A stretch of DNA of 64,000 nt from an uncultured cyanobacterium (GCA_963793265.1 CAWBZI010000006.1:832001-896000), one strand, 5' to 3'; counted from the first letter of the stretch, positions 10,124-21,008 are shown. Notes: generated from the letters alone by a model not told the origin. Translations and numbers: made by a program.

Positions 10124-11527
10124 TTATTCTTCTATCGCATTGGTAAGCGGGATATCGGCAGCAGAGGTGACGAATAGAGAAAGGATTGCGCCGACGGCCA
10201 TGAAGCCACCGCCTAAAATGACGACTGAGAGGCGATCGCCTCCCAAAAAAGCACCCATAAACCGACCTAACCCTAACGCTGCCACAATCTCAGGAATCAC
10301 CACGAAGCAGTTAAAAATCCCCATATACAAGCAATTCTTCTCCAACGGTAGCACCTTTACCAACATGGCGTAAGGCAGCGACAGCATACTGGCAAAAGCA
10401 ATTCCTAGTCCGACCATCGGCAATAGCAGCCAGTATTGAGAATGAACATAGTGCAGCGAAGCTAAGCTGAGGGCTCCACAGATTAGGCAAAGGCCGTGAG
10501 CCATGGGCGCAGAAAATCGACGAGTTAAGGCAGGTAGTGTAAAAGAAAAGCCACAGCAAACCAGATTGTACAGCGCCATGCAGAGCCCGGCCCACTCGAT
10601 TCCAGCCGCATAAAGTGGAGTGCTTTGCTCAGTTGCGCCAAAGATGTTGTGAGCGATCGCAGGCGGAAAGTACAGGAATACGCAAAACATTCCCAGCCAG
10701 CTAAAACACTGCACCCAAGCCAACTGACGCATGAGCGGCGGCATGTCACGAACGGCTTGCCATGTGTCCAAGAAAAAGTTGCCCGAGTCCAGATCTTCTA
10801 ACTCGTTTTCTGGGAAAAACGGTTTTGGGGCGGCAACGATTGTCCAAAGAACAGCCCCTGAGAAAGCAGCCGCGCCGATATAAAAGGAAACTTTGACCGA
10901 CTGAGGAATCACTACGCCTAGATGTGGCGGTAAAAATCTGGCGATTATCCATGGTAGGGCAGACGCGACAACTGCGCCTAAACCTGTCGCAACGCCCTGC
11001 ATAGAGAAGGCTTTTGTTCGCTGATGTTCGGGTACAAGATCAGAGACGAACGAGCGAAAAGGCGTCATGCTGACGTTTGCTGAGGCGTCTAGTAGCCAAA
11101 GTGCAGCCGCAGCAACCCAGAGGGCGTGCGCGTTAGGCATGATTAGCAGTGCTAGGGAGCTAGACAGTGCGCCGAGTAGAAAATAGGGGCGACGGCGACC
11201 TAAGGAGGAACGGGTGCGATCGCTTAAATACCCCACCACTGGCTGAATAATTAAACCTGACATCGGCGCAGCCAACCACAGTATCGGTAGCTGCTCAGCA
11301 TCAGCACCTAGCGACTCAAAAATAGCGCTGGTGTTCGCCATCTGAAGGCCCCATCCAACTTGAATTCCAAAGAAGGCGAAGCTAATATTCCAAAGCTGTC
11401 GAAAGCTTAAATTTATTTTTATCGGCGTTACTTCCGGGAGCAAAGAATTCGCTGAAGTGTCTTCGTCTTGAGGCTCTAATTTGTTGCTTGAAACGTCAAA
11501 GAGCAAATCTAGCGGCCCATCTGCCAT
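10124..11527 (-). CDS. MFS sugar transporter, sucrose/maltose (SUT/SLC45-like) type
   Basis: FFGIQVGWGLQ, QPVVGYLSDRT...GRRRPY, MGIFN.F.VIP motifs; about 12 TM helices. Confidence 0.85.
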   Translation of the reverse strand: MADGPLDLLFDVSSNKLEPQDEDTSANSLLPEVTPIKINLSFRQLWNISFAFFGIQVGWGLQMANTSAIFESLGADAEQLPILWLAAPMSGLIIQPVVGYLSDRTRSSLGRRRPYFLLGALSSSLALLIMPNAHALWVAAAALWLLDASANVSMTPFRSFVSDLVPEHQRTKAFSMQGVATGLGAVVASALPWIIARFLPPHLGVVIPQSVKVSFYIGAAAFSGAVLWTIVAAPKPFFPENELEDLDSGNFFLDTWQAVRDMPPLMRQLAWVQCFSWLGMFCVFLYFPPAIAHNIFGATEQSTPLYAAGIEWAGLCMALYNLVCCGFSFTLPALTRRFSAPMAHGLCLICGALSLASLHYVHSQYWLLLPMVGLGIAFASMLSLPYAMLVKVLPLEKNCLYMGIFNCFVVIPEIVAALGLGRFMGAFLGGDRLSVVILGGGFMAVGAILSLFVTSAADIPLTNAIEE

Positions 11528-11648
11528 CGTTGAACCATATATCTGACTTGGGCGATATCTAACCTAAGCGATCGCTCCACACCAACTATAGACAGCCCCG
11601 CTACATTTCGTCCGTAGATGAAAAATATTACTTATTACTGATATCTGT

Positions 11649-13040
11649 TTAGTTGAAATGCTTCTCTAACCAGCCTTTCATTTTTCCAGGATTCAGCAGA
11701 CCGTAAGGATCAACTTGCTCCTTAAACTTAAGTTGATTCTCATCGACAGTTTTGCGTCCGCCGTCTTCTAAAACGTAGGTATGAGGATTCGCAATAAAGG
11801 CTCCTTTCTCTTCGTGGTAGCGAATAATCTCTTTCAATCGCTCAGCCGTAGAATAGCGAACGAGTTGTAGAGCAGCAGGAAGAATCTTGCCCTGAGAGCG
11901 AATGTATTCCAGGTGCATGACTACTTCATTACCAAAGTGCTCGTACATGTGCGCCAGTAGCTTTAATTCAGGATCGTAGGGGAATACCGTTTGTAGATAC
12001 GTCCAAGATTCATCAGCGTTGCGAGCGTGAAGTGTTGTATGGTTCCAGGTAAATTCTCCAATAGCTGCGCCTTTACCTGCGGCCTGTGCGTCTTTTTGAT
12101 AGGTGATAGTTCCTGAGTAATCTTCTACTAGCTCGCTTAACGCAGTCAAATCAGCTTCGGAAACCATTAGCAAAGCGGCAGCTTTCCCTTCAGGCAAAGC
12201 ATCTTGAAGGGCAGCAAAGTAGCTGGGTATCGGCCAAGCGTGAATGCTGATGAGCTTTTTGATAATGCCATCAGCATCACCTAAGACCTGACCAAATCGG
12301 GCGGCGCTTATGAAGTCATCAAACACCACAATGACTTCAGCCCAGGGATAGGCTGGCCCCAGCGGAATTTCGAGTTCGGTGATGATGCCGTTGGTGCCGT
12401 AGGCATGGTTCACCTGCTGCACATCGTCGCCGCGCAGCTCAATAATGCGAGGCGTGTCTTCTAAAGTAGCGACGCGGACGGCCTGAAGATTGCCCCGATC
12501 GGCAAGCTGTCCGTACATCACTGAGCCAATGCCGCCGCTGCCGCCACCAATAAAACCGCCAATAGTCGCCGTGCGATAGGTCGAAGGAGCCATCCGAATC
12601 TCCCAACCTTGAGGGCGACTGAGGCGATCAATCGCGGCTAGCTTTGCTCCAGCTTCAACGCGGGCAACACCCGGCTTTATCCACTTCACGGCGTTCATGG
12701 CGCTAAGATCGAGAATGACGCCGCCTGATAGAGGAATTGCTTGACCATAGTTGCCGGTACCAGCACCTCTAACGGTCAACGAAACTTTGGCTTCTACACA
12801 GGCTTTGGCAACTTTCAGCACCTCAGCTTCGGTTTTAGGACGCACGACTAAATCGCCTACTTTGTCCTTGAGCTGCTCGGCTAGTAGCGGACTGAAATAG
12901 TAGTAGTCCTTAGAGAGCTTGCTGACGATAGCAGGGGCGATCGCGGTTTCAATACTCTCCAAACTCGCCGCAAAAGCTGACCAATCGATTGACTGAGCCG
13001 TCACTGCAAGCTGCGACAAAGATTGTGCTGAAGAGATCAT
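11649..13040 (-). CDS. FAD-binding oxidoreductase (VAO/PCMH-type)
   Basis: RGAGTGNYG, ATIGGFIGGG, GTNGIITE, C-terminal DPYGLLNPGK. Confidence 0.88.
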   Translation of the reverse strand: MISSAQSLSQLAVTAQSIDWSAFAASLESIETAIAPAIVSKLSKDYYYFSPLLAEQLKDKVGDLVVRPKTEAEVLKVAKACVEAKVSLTVRGAGTGNYGQAIPLSGGVILDLSAMNAVKWIKPGVARVEAGAKLAAIDRLSRPQGWEIRMAPSTYRTATIGGFIGGGSGGIGSVMYGQLADRGNLQAVRVATLEDTPRIIELRGDDVQQVNHAYGTNGIITELEIPLGPAYPWAEVIVVFDDFISAARFGQVLGDADGIIKKLISIHAWPIPSYFAALQDALPEGKAAALLMVSEADLTALSELVEDYSGTITYQKDAQAAGKGAAIGEFTWNHTTLHARNADESWTYLQTVFPYDPELKLLAHMYEHFGNEVVMHLEYIRSQGKILPAALQLVRYSTAERLKEIIRYHEEKGAFIANPHTYVLEDGGRKTVDENQLKFKEQVDPYGLLNPGKMKGWLEKHFN

Positions 13041-13511
13041 GCGATTGAAGAATACGACAGGGGAGATTGCTGGGAATAGAAGAGATTATAGACGTTTGGC
13101 AAACTTGAAGAATCATCAACTCGCCCTACGTACGCTGGCAACCATCCCGTAGGGTGAGAGGCGATCGCCTTTCAAATCATTCTACTTAATAGCCCTCAAG
13201 GGCGTCTTCGAGGACATGCGACATGACTTTGCCTCAAGGTCAGGAACCTTAGTCATTTCGGTATTCGGACTGCTGATCTACACCATCTTTTTGAGAGTGT
13301 CTTTAGAGAGCTTTATTACCATCATTCGGACTGCGGAAAATACGCGCATCCTTTCAGAAAACGTGCTTAACAATACGGCAGTTGATAACTTGAACACTTA
13401 ACTGGCGTGATATTACGGAGGGAGAACCGGCTATAGATTGCCAATTATTGATAGGTAAGCGCATCGCTTCACGACCGCTTTATCTCACCTTCGCTACACA
13501 ACATAAAGCTT

Positions 13512-13688
13512 ATGATGTCCGCTAATCCTATTTCTAAGTTTCCTATTTGGCAGTATTTGCGCCAGCCAATTGGGGAGCGCGATCATAAGCTGATCGTGAA
13601 CCCTATGAAATTCTGGCACACTCAAAAGGTGCACTACATTGAGCGCTGCTGGGTTATGTCTTATTCACCCGAAGAACGCGCTCACTAA
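13512..13688 (+). CDS. Small hypothetical protein (58 aa), not in the ORF track
   Basis: Hand translation MMSANPISKFPIWQYLRQPIGERDHKLIVNPMKFWHTQKVHYIERCWVMSYSPEERAH, followed by a terminator. Confidence 0.65.
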   Translation: MMSANPISKFPIWQYLRQPIGERDHKLIVNPMKFWHTQKVHYIERCWVMSYSPEERAH

Positions 13689-13733
13689 GCAGCTTGAGGA
13701 ATCAGGGAAGCGCTGCTTCAGTATTAAAAGCAT

Positions 13734-13784
13734 CATAAAAAAGCACGGCTAGCTATCTTACTAGAGCAGCCGTGCTTTTTTATG
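13734..13784. terminator. Bidirectional intrinsic terminator
   Basis: CATAAAAAAGCACGGCT / AGCCGTGCTTTTTTATG inverted repeat between convergent genes. Confidence 0.8.
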
Positions 13785-13831
13785 GTTGTAAAGAGGTAGT
13801 CATAAAAAGACGTTTGCTAGCTGTCAGAAGA

Positions 13832-16249
13832 TCACTCGAAGGTTTGGCTGAGTGCTTCTTTTGCGGTTGTCCAGTTAGCGATCGCTGGCGTCAGCCACAG
13901 CCAGTTACCACCCAGCGACTTCGCATCAAACTCAGTGGGAGCCTCGTCTATCACTTTCAAATAAGCCAATCCTGCTTGCTCTAACAGTCGTCTGCTCTCT
14001 AGCGGGTCAACTTCGTCCTCAGACAGCGCCAGCGCAGCCATTGCAATCCCAGCATAGGCATTGAGTACATACTGCTCCTCAGCGTCGTCTGCAAAATAAA
14101 CATTGAGCGCATCGCCCTGACGATCAGCTAGCTCAATCGCCTGCTCCCAGGCTTCTAGCGCCAGGTCTTCACGACCGTCTGCGTAATGGGCAAAGCCAAG
14201 CGCCATTGAAATTTCCATCCAATCAGGCTCGTTCTCTAACGCCGCTGCCCATGACCGCATAGCGTCGCTAGTGGAGATGACGGCGCTGCCCTGCTTAGCT
14301 AAACTCCACTGCGCTCTGCCTCTGAGAAATAGAACGATGACATCTTGCTGCTGTCGGAGATTTGCGGCATCTAAAGCATCAAGGGCAGCCTGGTACTCGC
14401 TGTTGTCAATTAAGCGCTTGGTAGCAGCCGTCGCAATATCCAAGCGATCCTGGTTAAGTGCAACTTCGATTTGAGCAGGTAAGCCTAGTTCGTTAAGGGA
14501 AGCAGCCGGTTGAAGCGGTTGGGGCTGGCGCGATCGCCCTAAGTAAGCAACTGTGCCCGCACCTAGCAGCGCTACCAAGGCAATCGAAGCGATTCCAGGA
14601 ACCGTCAGTAGCTTAGTGTGCAGCGTATGACTACGCGTAAGCCTCTCACCAATAAGTTCAGGCACCTCATCTTTTTGACGCGGCTTGCGAATTGACTCAT
14701 CAACAGCCCGTTCTGTAGACGGTTCGCGGTCATCACTTTGCGGAGGCGTTGCCGCTGTGCGCGGCTCTCCATAGAATCCGCTAGGTGTTTCTATCTCTTC
14801 TGGCACGCGCAGTTCTCCATCAATCTCAGCTTGGGTCAGTGGCGATGAGAGCTTTTGTACCATAGCGGCGGTTACCTCAACATCGTTGTTATTAACTAGA
14901 CGTGTCTCATTATTTGAACGGACAGCGTTTGTAGCAGCAGCGCCTGAAGGAGACTGAGGCGGAACCGGCCAGTCGATATCAGCTAATCCTGGCTCAGAGA
15001 ACATATCTCCAAACGGATCGTTGTGCGGATCAGGCAGATCGACAGCGCTGCTGCCGCCCTCCGTCATCAACAAATAACCCTCAAAAGACGGCTGCATATA
15101 GAGCGTTGGCAGCGCCCAGTAAAACTGGTGCGAACCGTAGGCCGAAATCAAGCCCTGGCGCGTTCGATTGAGACTCAAATCAATCGATTGCCCCTTTCTC
15201 AGATTGCGATAGAGCAACTGCGTAAACGTAATCGCCACATGATCGGGAATTCGCTCTGCCATCGCAATCACGCTAGGCACGCCCCGGTTCACCAGCGCCT
15301 GGGCCAAATTACGCTCTTGCCAGCCCTGCTTCGAGCTAGAGCTATAGCCACCTCTACATGAGTTAAACACCGCTAGCCTAATGCCGTTATTCACCAGCAG
15401 CCCAGCTAAATCTTCACCGCTCAATCGCTCTGTCAGGCCGGTTTGGCGACTGACCAAATAAAGATCGCCGCCCGCATCCCCTAAGTTGCTATGGCCCGCA
15501 TAGTGCAACACCTGATAGTCACCGCGATCTAACTCTTGAGTCAGCTCCGCGCGACCTGGCTGCTCTAATATCTTGAGCTGAACATCTAGCAGCGCATCGT
15601 CATCTGCTGCACCGACAGGATGTAGCTCAGTTTGCAGGTGATGCACCTCTTGCTTTAGCTCCAGGCGCTCTTGGTCATTGGGCGAGGCAATCACCATCAA
15701 AATCCTGAGCACTTTTTCAGGCGTGCTTTGATGGGGCACTTGCACCATATGGCTGTGTCGCTGATCGAGAATGTAACGGGAGAAAATAACGTCTGTGCCC
15801 GTTGCCAGCGGTCTGGTTCTAGCGTGCAGCGCCTCCCAGGGAAGCTGCTGAAGGCGGCTGTCTTTCATGCCAATTCGCAAGCGCAGCAGCTCTTGGCGGT
15901 TCTGAGCGACGCCTTGAGCGGTCACCCAGCTATCGTGAAGCTGACCTTTGAAGAGTTCGTCGTGTAGGGTTTGGCCTAGCTGAATGAGGGTAGAGGCGTC
16001 TGGGTTTTCGGGTAGCGATCGCAAATTACTGTGCCCGGCGCGAGCGCTACGCGGCTGTCTCTGTAGCAAACCCAGTAGCGGATCGTGCATAAAAGACTTC
16101 GTTTTCTCTAACCACTGAGCCACGGGCCAGCGCACTTTCTCTTCAGCAAGCTGCACGCCCTTCGCCACGTTTTCCGTACGTACCAAATACTGATCGCCGT
16201 ACTGATCGCCGCCAACGGCAGTGATGGATATTTCAAATTCCTGTATCAC
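13832..16249 (-). CDS. hetF: HetF-like CHAT (caspase-haemoglobinase fold) protease with TM segment and TPR-like C-terminus
   Basis: HetF-type N-terminus IQEFEISITAVG, LPWE, VLHYAGHS and VFNSCR catalytic dyad; GTG start at 16249 preferred over 16312. Confidence 0.85.
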   Translation of the reverse strand: MIQEFEISITAVGGDQYGDQYLVRTENVAKGVQLAEEKVRWPVAQWLEKTKSFMHDPLLGLLQRQPRSARAGHSNLRSLPENPDASTLIQLGQTLHDELFKGQLHDSWVTAQGVAQNRQELLRLRIGMKDSRLQQLPWEALHARTRPLATGTDVIFSRYILDQRHSHMVQVPHQSTPEKVLRILMVIASPNDQERLELKQEVHHLQTELHPVGAADDDALLDVQLKILEQPGRAELTQELDRGDYQVLHYAGHSNLGDAGGDLYLVSRQTGLTERLSGEDLAGLLVNNGIRLAVFNSCRGGYSSSSKQGWQERNLAQALVNRGVPSVIAMAERIPDHVAITFTQLLYRNLRKGQSIDLSLNRTRQGLISAYGSHQFYWALPTLYMQPSFEGYLLMTEGGSSAVDLPDPHNDPFGDMFSEPGLADIDWPVPPQSPSGAAATNAVRSNNETRLVNNNDVEVTAAMVQKLSSPLTQAEIDGELRVPEEIETPSGFYGEPRTAATPPQSDDREPSTERAVDESIRKPRQKDEVPELIGERLTRSHTLHTKLLTVPGIASIALVALLGAGTVAYLGRSRQPQPLQPAASLNELGLPAQIEVALNQDRLDIATAATKRLIDNSEYQAALDALDAANLRQQQDVIVLFLRGRAQWSLAKQGSAVISTSDAMRSWAAALENEPDWMEISMALGFAHYADGREDLALEAWEQAIELADRQGDALNVYFADDAEEQYVLNAYAGIAMAALALSEDEVDPLESRRLLEQAGLAYLKVIDEAPTEFDAKSLGGNWLWLTPAIANWTTAKEALSQTFE

Positions 16250-16477
16250 AGCTGCTCTTATCCCCTGATGTTTGCCCTTGATATTCAACCTCTCAAGATA
16301 GGCTCGCTGCACCGCTGTTCTACCATCTTAAGCACTTTAACCAGGCATTGTATCCGTGTCAGATGTGCCTATTGTTGTGCCCAAAGCGAAGCGGGTCTAT
16401 TCCTACGCTCGACTATCCGTTAAGAATGTGTATCTCCCGATCTTTCGTTCTCGTAATCCCTATGGTAGAAAGCAGAC

Positions 16478-16650
16478 TTCTCCTTTAGGAAGCCGGTTGG
16501 GACACCTTAGGGCCGTGCCCACCTGATGGCTAACCAAACGAGCCTTTGATAAGTACTGAGCAATCTCACGGATAGCTTACCCGCCTAGCCCAAAACAGCA
16601 GGCATCGCCATAGTGCATATTACCGACACCAGGCTACTCAAACATACCTA
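16478..16650 (-). ncRNA. ssaA: 6S RNA (cyanobacterial 6Sa)
   Basis: Minus strand reads CCTGGTGTC...GGCTCGTTTGGTTAGCCATCAGGTGGGCACGGC...GTCCCAACCGG, matching my recollection of the 6Sa consensus; terminal segments can pair; ends approximate. Confidence 0.8.
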
Positions 16651-17097
16651 AACCGCCGTTCTGTAGGAATTTTAGGCTTTTAAAAGGCTGTCGCTTTAGT
16701 CGATTTGCCAGCCACTAATCTCGGCATTAATACCCGCAGAAAAGCAAAATCTATCTCTCTATATAGCGCCCTCGAAGATAGCCGCAAAGAAAATGTAGGG
16801 GTCAACCGCGATGCCTGGCACCTTATCTTCGGCGCTCATGTAGCGCTACTCCTTTTGACTCATCTGATCTCGGCCTCAATGCTAAAGCAAACATTAAGCA
16901 TTTATCTCTGGGGACTTATTTATAGAAAGCAGGGGTTCTTTGAATCGCGCGCTGACATAGACTGTGTAAAGAAATACATATTTTTGTGAGTGGCTGGTTG
17001 TATCAGCACATGTTTGGAAACAAACGGCAACGTATAGCAACGAAGCGAAGCAGTCCTGTTCTCGTCTTTTCAAAACCTTTCTTAACAGCTTTATCGG

Positions 17098-18579
17098 ATG
17101 ACTTCTTTACAAATCGGAGCCACCAAACGTTCGTCAAAACCAGCGACACGCTCTCAGCTAGTAGAGAGGCCGCTAGTAGACGCCGCGCTACCTACAGCAG
17201 GTGATGAAAGCAACGCTACCAATAGCAGGCTGTCAAAGTCAGCCATTCGTAAAAGTCTTAAAGGCTCTACGCTCGACGGCACGTTCTCTTCAGTCTTTGA
17301 GAACGTCGTTAAAGGGGTGCTGATTAGCAACTTTTTGCTAGGACTTGGTGCAGGTGCTTTTGAAGTAGGTTTGCTGACGTCTATTCCGATGATGGGTCAT
17401 CTGTTGCAGCCGCTAGGGGCTTACTTTTCTGAGAAGACAACCAGTCGTCACAATTACTGTCTGTGGATTTATGGCATTGCGCGCGTACTGTGGCTGCTGC
17501 CAGCGGCAGGCATTTTCCTTTACAGCAACGGTACGATCACCGCTCACGTTCTTACGATTTTGACAATGATCGTGCTGACTATCAGCAACATTTTGGAGTC
17601 AATAGGCTCTGCGTCCTGGATGAGCTGGATGGCAGTGCTGGTACCCGGAAAGCTGAGAGGCCGCTACTTTAGTTTGAGGCGATCGCTCTCTAGTCTCACC
17701 GCTTTACTCACCATTCCAATCGGCGGCTGGCTTGTCTCGCAGTGGATGGGCGGTGAACTTGAAGGCTACGGCGTCGTTCTGATTATCGCGGTGCTAATGG
17801 GCTTAGTGAGCTTAGGCTTTCAATTCTATATGAGCGATGTTAATCCACAGGCTGAGAAGGCGGCGGTTGCGCAAAAGGCACAGACAGTAGCAAAGGCTAC
17901 TGGCGATGATGAGCGAGATTCAGGCTTGCTTAAAGACAAGAACTATCTCACGCTGCTGCTGTTTTTAGGCATATGGACATTTGGGGTGAACCTGAGTGCA
18001 CCCTTTTTTAACTACTACCTACTCGATAAGCTCCATTTGGATGTGCAGTGGGTGACGATTTACAGCAGCTTGAGGTATGGCGCATTCTTTCTAGCAATTA
18101 TGCTGTGGGGCCGACTGGCTGACAAAATTGGCAATCGCCCTGTTCTTATCATCAACTGCGTACTGGCGGCTTCGGTTCCTTTGATTTGGAGCTACACAGA
18201 CGGCGGTATCTCGTGGGTTTGGATAGGACTGCCACTGCTGCACCTGTTACAGGGTGGTAGTTTTGCAGCACTAGAGCTTTGTTTGGCGAATATTCAGCTT
18301 GAGCTAGCGCCTATCGGCAAGCAGTCGAGCTATTTCGCGATCGCTGCTGCCGTTATGGGCATCACAGGCGCACTCGGCACTACCGCAGGCAGCATGTTAG
18401 CCGAACTCTCTACCGTTGGCTTGCCTGCTCTGTTCGCGGTTACGGCTGTTGTACGGCTTGCTTGCATCACACCTTTGCTATTTGTGAAAGAAGGTCGGGC
18501 GCGCTCGGTGCGATCGCTCCTAGAAAAATATATAAAGCGCGACGCTAAAGCATTACAGCCCGTTAGAGTCAAAGCCTAA
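17098..18579 (+). CDS. MFS transporter
   Basis: About 12 TM helices, RGRYFS.R and WGRLADKIGNR motifs. Confidence 0.88.
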   Translation: MTSLQIGATKRSSKPATRSQLVERPLVDAALPTAGDESNATNSRLSKSAIRKSLKGSTLDGTFSSVFENVVKGVLISNFLLGLGAGAFEVGLLTSIPMMGHLLQPLGAYFSEKTTSRHNYCLWIYGIARVLWLLPAAGIFLYSNGTITAHVLTILTMIVLTISNILESIGSASWMSWMAVLVPGKLRGRYFSLRRSLSSLTALLTIPIGGWLVSQWMGGELEGYGVVLIIAVLMGLVSLGFQFYMSDVNPQAEKAAVAQKAQTVAKATGDDERDSGLLKDKNYLTLLLFLGIWTFGVNLSAPFFNYYLLDKLHLDVQWVTIYSSLRYGAFFLAIMLWGRLADKIGNRPVLIINCVLAASVPLIWSYTDGGISWVWIGLPLLHLLQGGSFAALELCLANIQLELAPIGKQSSYFAIAAAVMGITGALGTTAGSMLAELSTVGLPALFAVTAVVRLACITPLLFVKEGRARSVRSLLEKYIKRDAKALQPVRVKA

Positions 18580-18645
18580 GCAAGCTAAGCCGCGCCACCG
18601 ATAGCTATACTAATCAGGACAAAAGGTCGTTCATTTGTACCAGAT

Positions 18646-21006
18646 ATGGTTGCGACTTCCGGTGAGCTGACTACTGATAGTAGAGTTGAAGACAAGCTAG
18701 CGAAAGAAACGCTAGCCGAAGAAAGGGCCGTACTGATTCAGCAGATAGTCAATAGCCTGCGGCCAGGACAGAAGTCGCTGGCACAATGGCACTCTGGGCC
18801 GCTAGCGGTTTCGGCAGTACCGGGTTCTGGTAAGTCTACTGGGATGGCAGCAGGCGCTGCGATTGCGATCGCCCAGCACCAGCTCCACGCCCGCAAGCAG
18901 CTCGTACTCGTCACCTTCACCCGCTCAGCAGCAGCAAACCTCAAGGCTAAAGTACGTCAGCATCTCAAAGCGCTTTCTCTGCCCCTCAACAGCTTTGTCG
19001 TCCATACGCTCCACGGCCTCGCGCTCAACATTGCTAGCCGCCATCCCGAAGTCTCAGGCATCAACCTTTCGCCCTTAGACTCGGAAGGGACAACGCTGGT
19101 TTCTCCGACGCAAAGTCACCGACTCATTCGCACGGCAGTAGAACGCTGGATTGAGGAAAGCCCGGCGAGCTATCAGCGGTTGATTGAGGGCAATAGCTTT
19201 GACGGGGAAGAGACGGAGCGCTTGCGCAGGCAGTCTGTATTGCGCACAGAAGTATTACCCGCGCTGGCCTACACCGTTATTCACGAAGCCAAAAGCTCAG
19301 GGTTACTCCCTGAAGCCTTAAGTGACGTTGCTCAGACGATGAGAATTAGCGTACCGGAAGGTAGTGCTGATTATGATGTGGTTGCGATCGCGGCCAATCT
19401 ATACGCTCACTATCAAACGCTGCTAACAGACAGAGGGCTAATCGACTACGACGATATGATCCTCGCAGCGCTGAAGACGTTGGAAGAACCCGCAATTCGG
19501 CAAATGTGGCAGAGTCGGGTGTTCGCAATTTTTGAAGATGAGGCGCAGGACTCGTCGCCCTTGCAGACGCAGCTATTAGAAGTGTTAGCAGCAAACCCAG
19601 AGGATTCGAGCGCGCCTGTGAATCTGGTGCGCGTGGGCGATCCGAATCAGGCCATTAACTCTACGTTTACGCCTGCCGACCCGGTGTTTTTTAATCAGTT
19701 TTGCGATCGCTGCCAGGAACTCGGACGGCTCGCCAGTATCGAACAAGCTGGTAGAAGCTGCGCAAGCATTATGCAAGCAGCCAACTTCACGCTTCACTGG
19801 GTTAATAAAAACGGAGCGCGGCAAGCCTTTCGCAGCCAGGATATTCTGCCGGTTGGCCCCAACGATCCACAGCCAGATGCCAATCCTGATCCAATCGGGG
19901 AAGGCGTAGAGCTAGTCAGACCCAAGACGACAACCGACGCTGTAAGGCAGCTCGCCAGAAGAGTTGTCGATGCCTTCAAGGAGAGTAGAGACACTAGCGC
20001 GGCGGTGTTGGTGAGAGAGAGCCGCCAGGGAAAGTTTTTGCGAGAGATATTAGAAGATCCGCAGCGCTTGGGATTTGATTTTGAGGCGACGGGGATTGAA
20101 ATTTATGACGTGGGGCAGCGCGATCGCAAAAGCCACATCCCCCGAGAAATCCTCGACCTATTGCAGTTCATCGAACGCCCGCACTCTCCCGACAACATCA
20201 AAGCAGCTCTGCGCGTACTTGTCTCCCGGCAGCTTGTACCCACTCAAGATCTCAACCCGCTCGCCACAAATCCAGAGCAATTCCTTTATCCTGGCCCACT
20301 AGACGCACCGCCCAAAACGACTGCTGCCCAACAGGCCCGTCGCTACTGCGCCGCCCTCATCCGGGCTCGATTGGAGCTGCCTGCCTATCATCTCATTCCT
20401 TTTCTTGGGCTCACCCTCGGCTACGACCAAAGCGAACTTGCTACCGCCGACAAGCTCGCCGCCCGCATCGCTCAACAAACCATGGAAGACAGTACCCTTA
20501 CCGCCATGCTAGGCGTGCTGCAAGAGCTTTTAGGCTCTGAACGCTTCCGCGCCGTAGAAGCTGAGGATACCGAGTCGCAATACACGCAGCCCGGTCAGCT
20601 CACTATCATGACCATGCACAAAGCAAAAGGCTTAGACTGGGACGCTGTTTTTCTACCTTTCCTACACAAGCGCAATATCCCCGGCGACGCCTGGGTTCCA
20701 CAGCAAATGCAGTTTCTCGGAGACTTCGCCCTAGATGAAGTCGCTCGCGCCCAGCTCCGCGCGCATACTCACGCCGTCTACGCACAAGATCACAAACCTG
20801 ACCCTATTCCTAATATCGAAGACGCCTGGCAACAGGCCAGCAACCTCAAACGCGCCGAAGAATTTCGCCTGCTCTACGTCGCCATGACCCGCGCCAAAAA
20901 GCTGCTGTGGATGTCCGCCGCAAAGCAAGCGCCGTTCACCTGGAGCAAACCCGAAAATCTGCAAGATTCAGAAGCCTCGCCTATCTTCACAGCCCTTCGT
21001 CAGTAA
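18646..21006 (+). CDS. UvrD/Rep-family (SF1) ATP-dependent DNA helicase
   Basis: AVPGSGKST, EDEAQD, VGDPNQAI, MTMHKAKGL, LLYVAMTRAK. Confidence 0.92.
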   Translation: MVATSGELTTDSRVEDKLAKETLAEERAVLIQQIVNSLRPGQKSLAQWHSGPLAVSAVPGSGKSTGMAAGAAIAIAQHQLHARKQLVLVTFTRSAAANLKAKVRQHLKALSLPLNSFVVHTLHGLALNIASRHPEVSGINLSPLDSEGTTLVSPTQSHRLIRTAVERWIEESPASYQRLIEGNSFDGEETERLRRQSVLRTEVLPALAYTVIHEAKSSGLLPEALSDVAQTMRISVPEGSADYDVVAIAANLYAHYQTLLTDRGLIDYDDMILAALKTLEEPAIRQMWQSRVFAIFEDEAQDSSPLQTQLLEVLAANPEDSSAPVNLVRVGDPNQAINSTFTPADPVFFNQFCDRCQELGRLASIEQAGRSCASIMQAANFTLHWVNKNGARQAFRSQDILPVGPNDPQPDANPDPIGEGVELVRPKTTTDAVRQLARRVVDAFKESRDTSAAVLVRESRQGKFLREILEDPQRLGFDFEATGIEIYDVGQRDRKSHIPREILDLLQFIERPHSPDNIKAALRVLVSRQLVPTQDLNPLATNPEQFLYPGPLDAPPKTTAAQQARRYCAALIRARLELPAYHLIPFLGLTLGYDQSELATADKLAARIAQQTMEDSTLTAMLGVLQELLGSERFRAVEAEDTESQYTQPGQLTIMTMHKAKGLDWDAVFLPFLHKRNIPGDAWVPQQMQFLGDFALDEVARAQLRAHTHAVYAQDHKPDPIPNIEDAWQQASNLKRAEEFRLLYVAMTRAKKLLWMSAAKQAPFTWSKPENLQDSEASPIFTALRQ

Positions 21007-21008
21007 CA

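Noticed and set aside
13120..13158. Hairpin upstream of the FAD oxidoreductase as a riboswitch
   Set aside because: A single stem with no recognisable aptamer motif
16705..17204. ORF-track entries 16705-16989 and 16986-17204 (also 30209-30562 and 13216-13401)
   Set aside because: Mostly non-ATG starts, no motifs, and located in probable promoter regions; likely spurious
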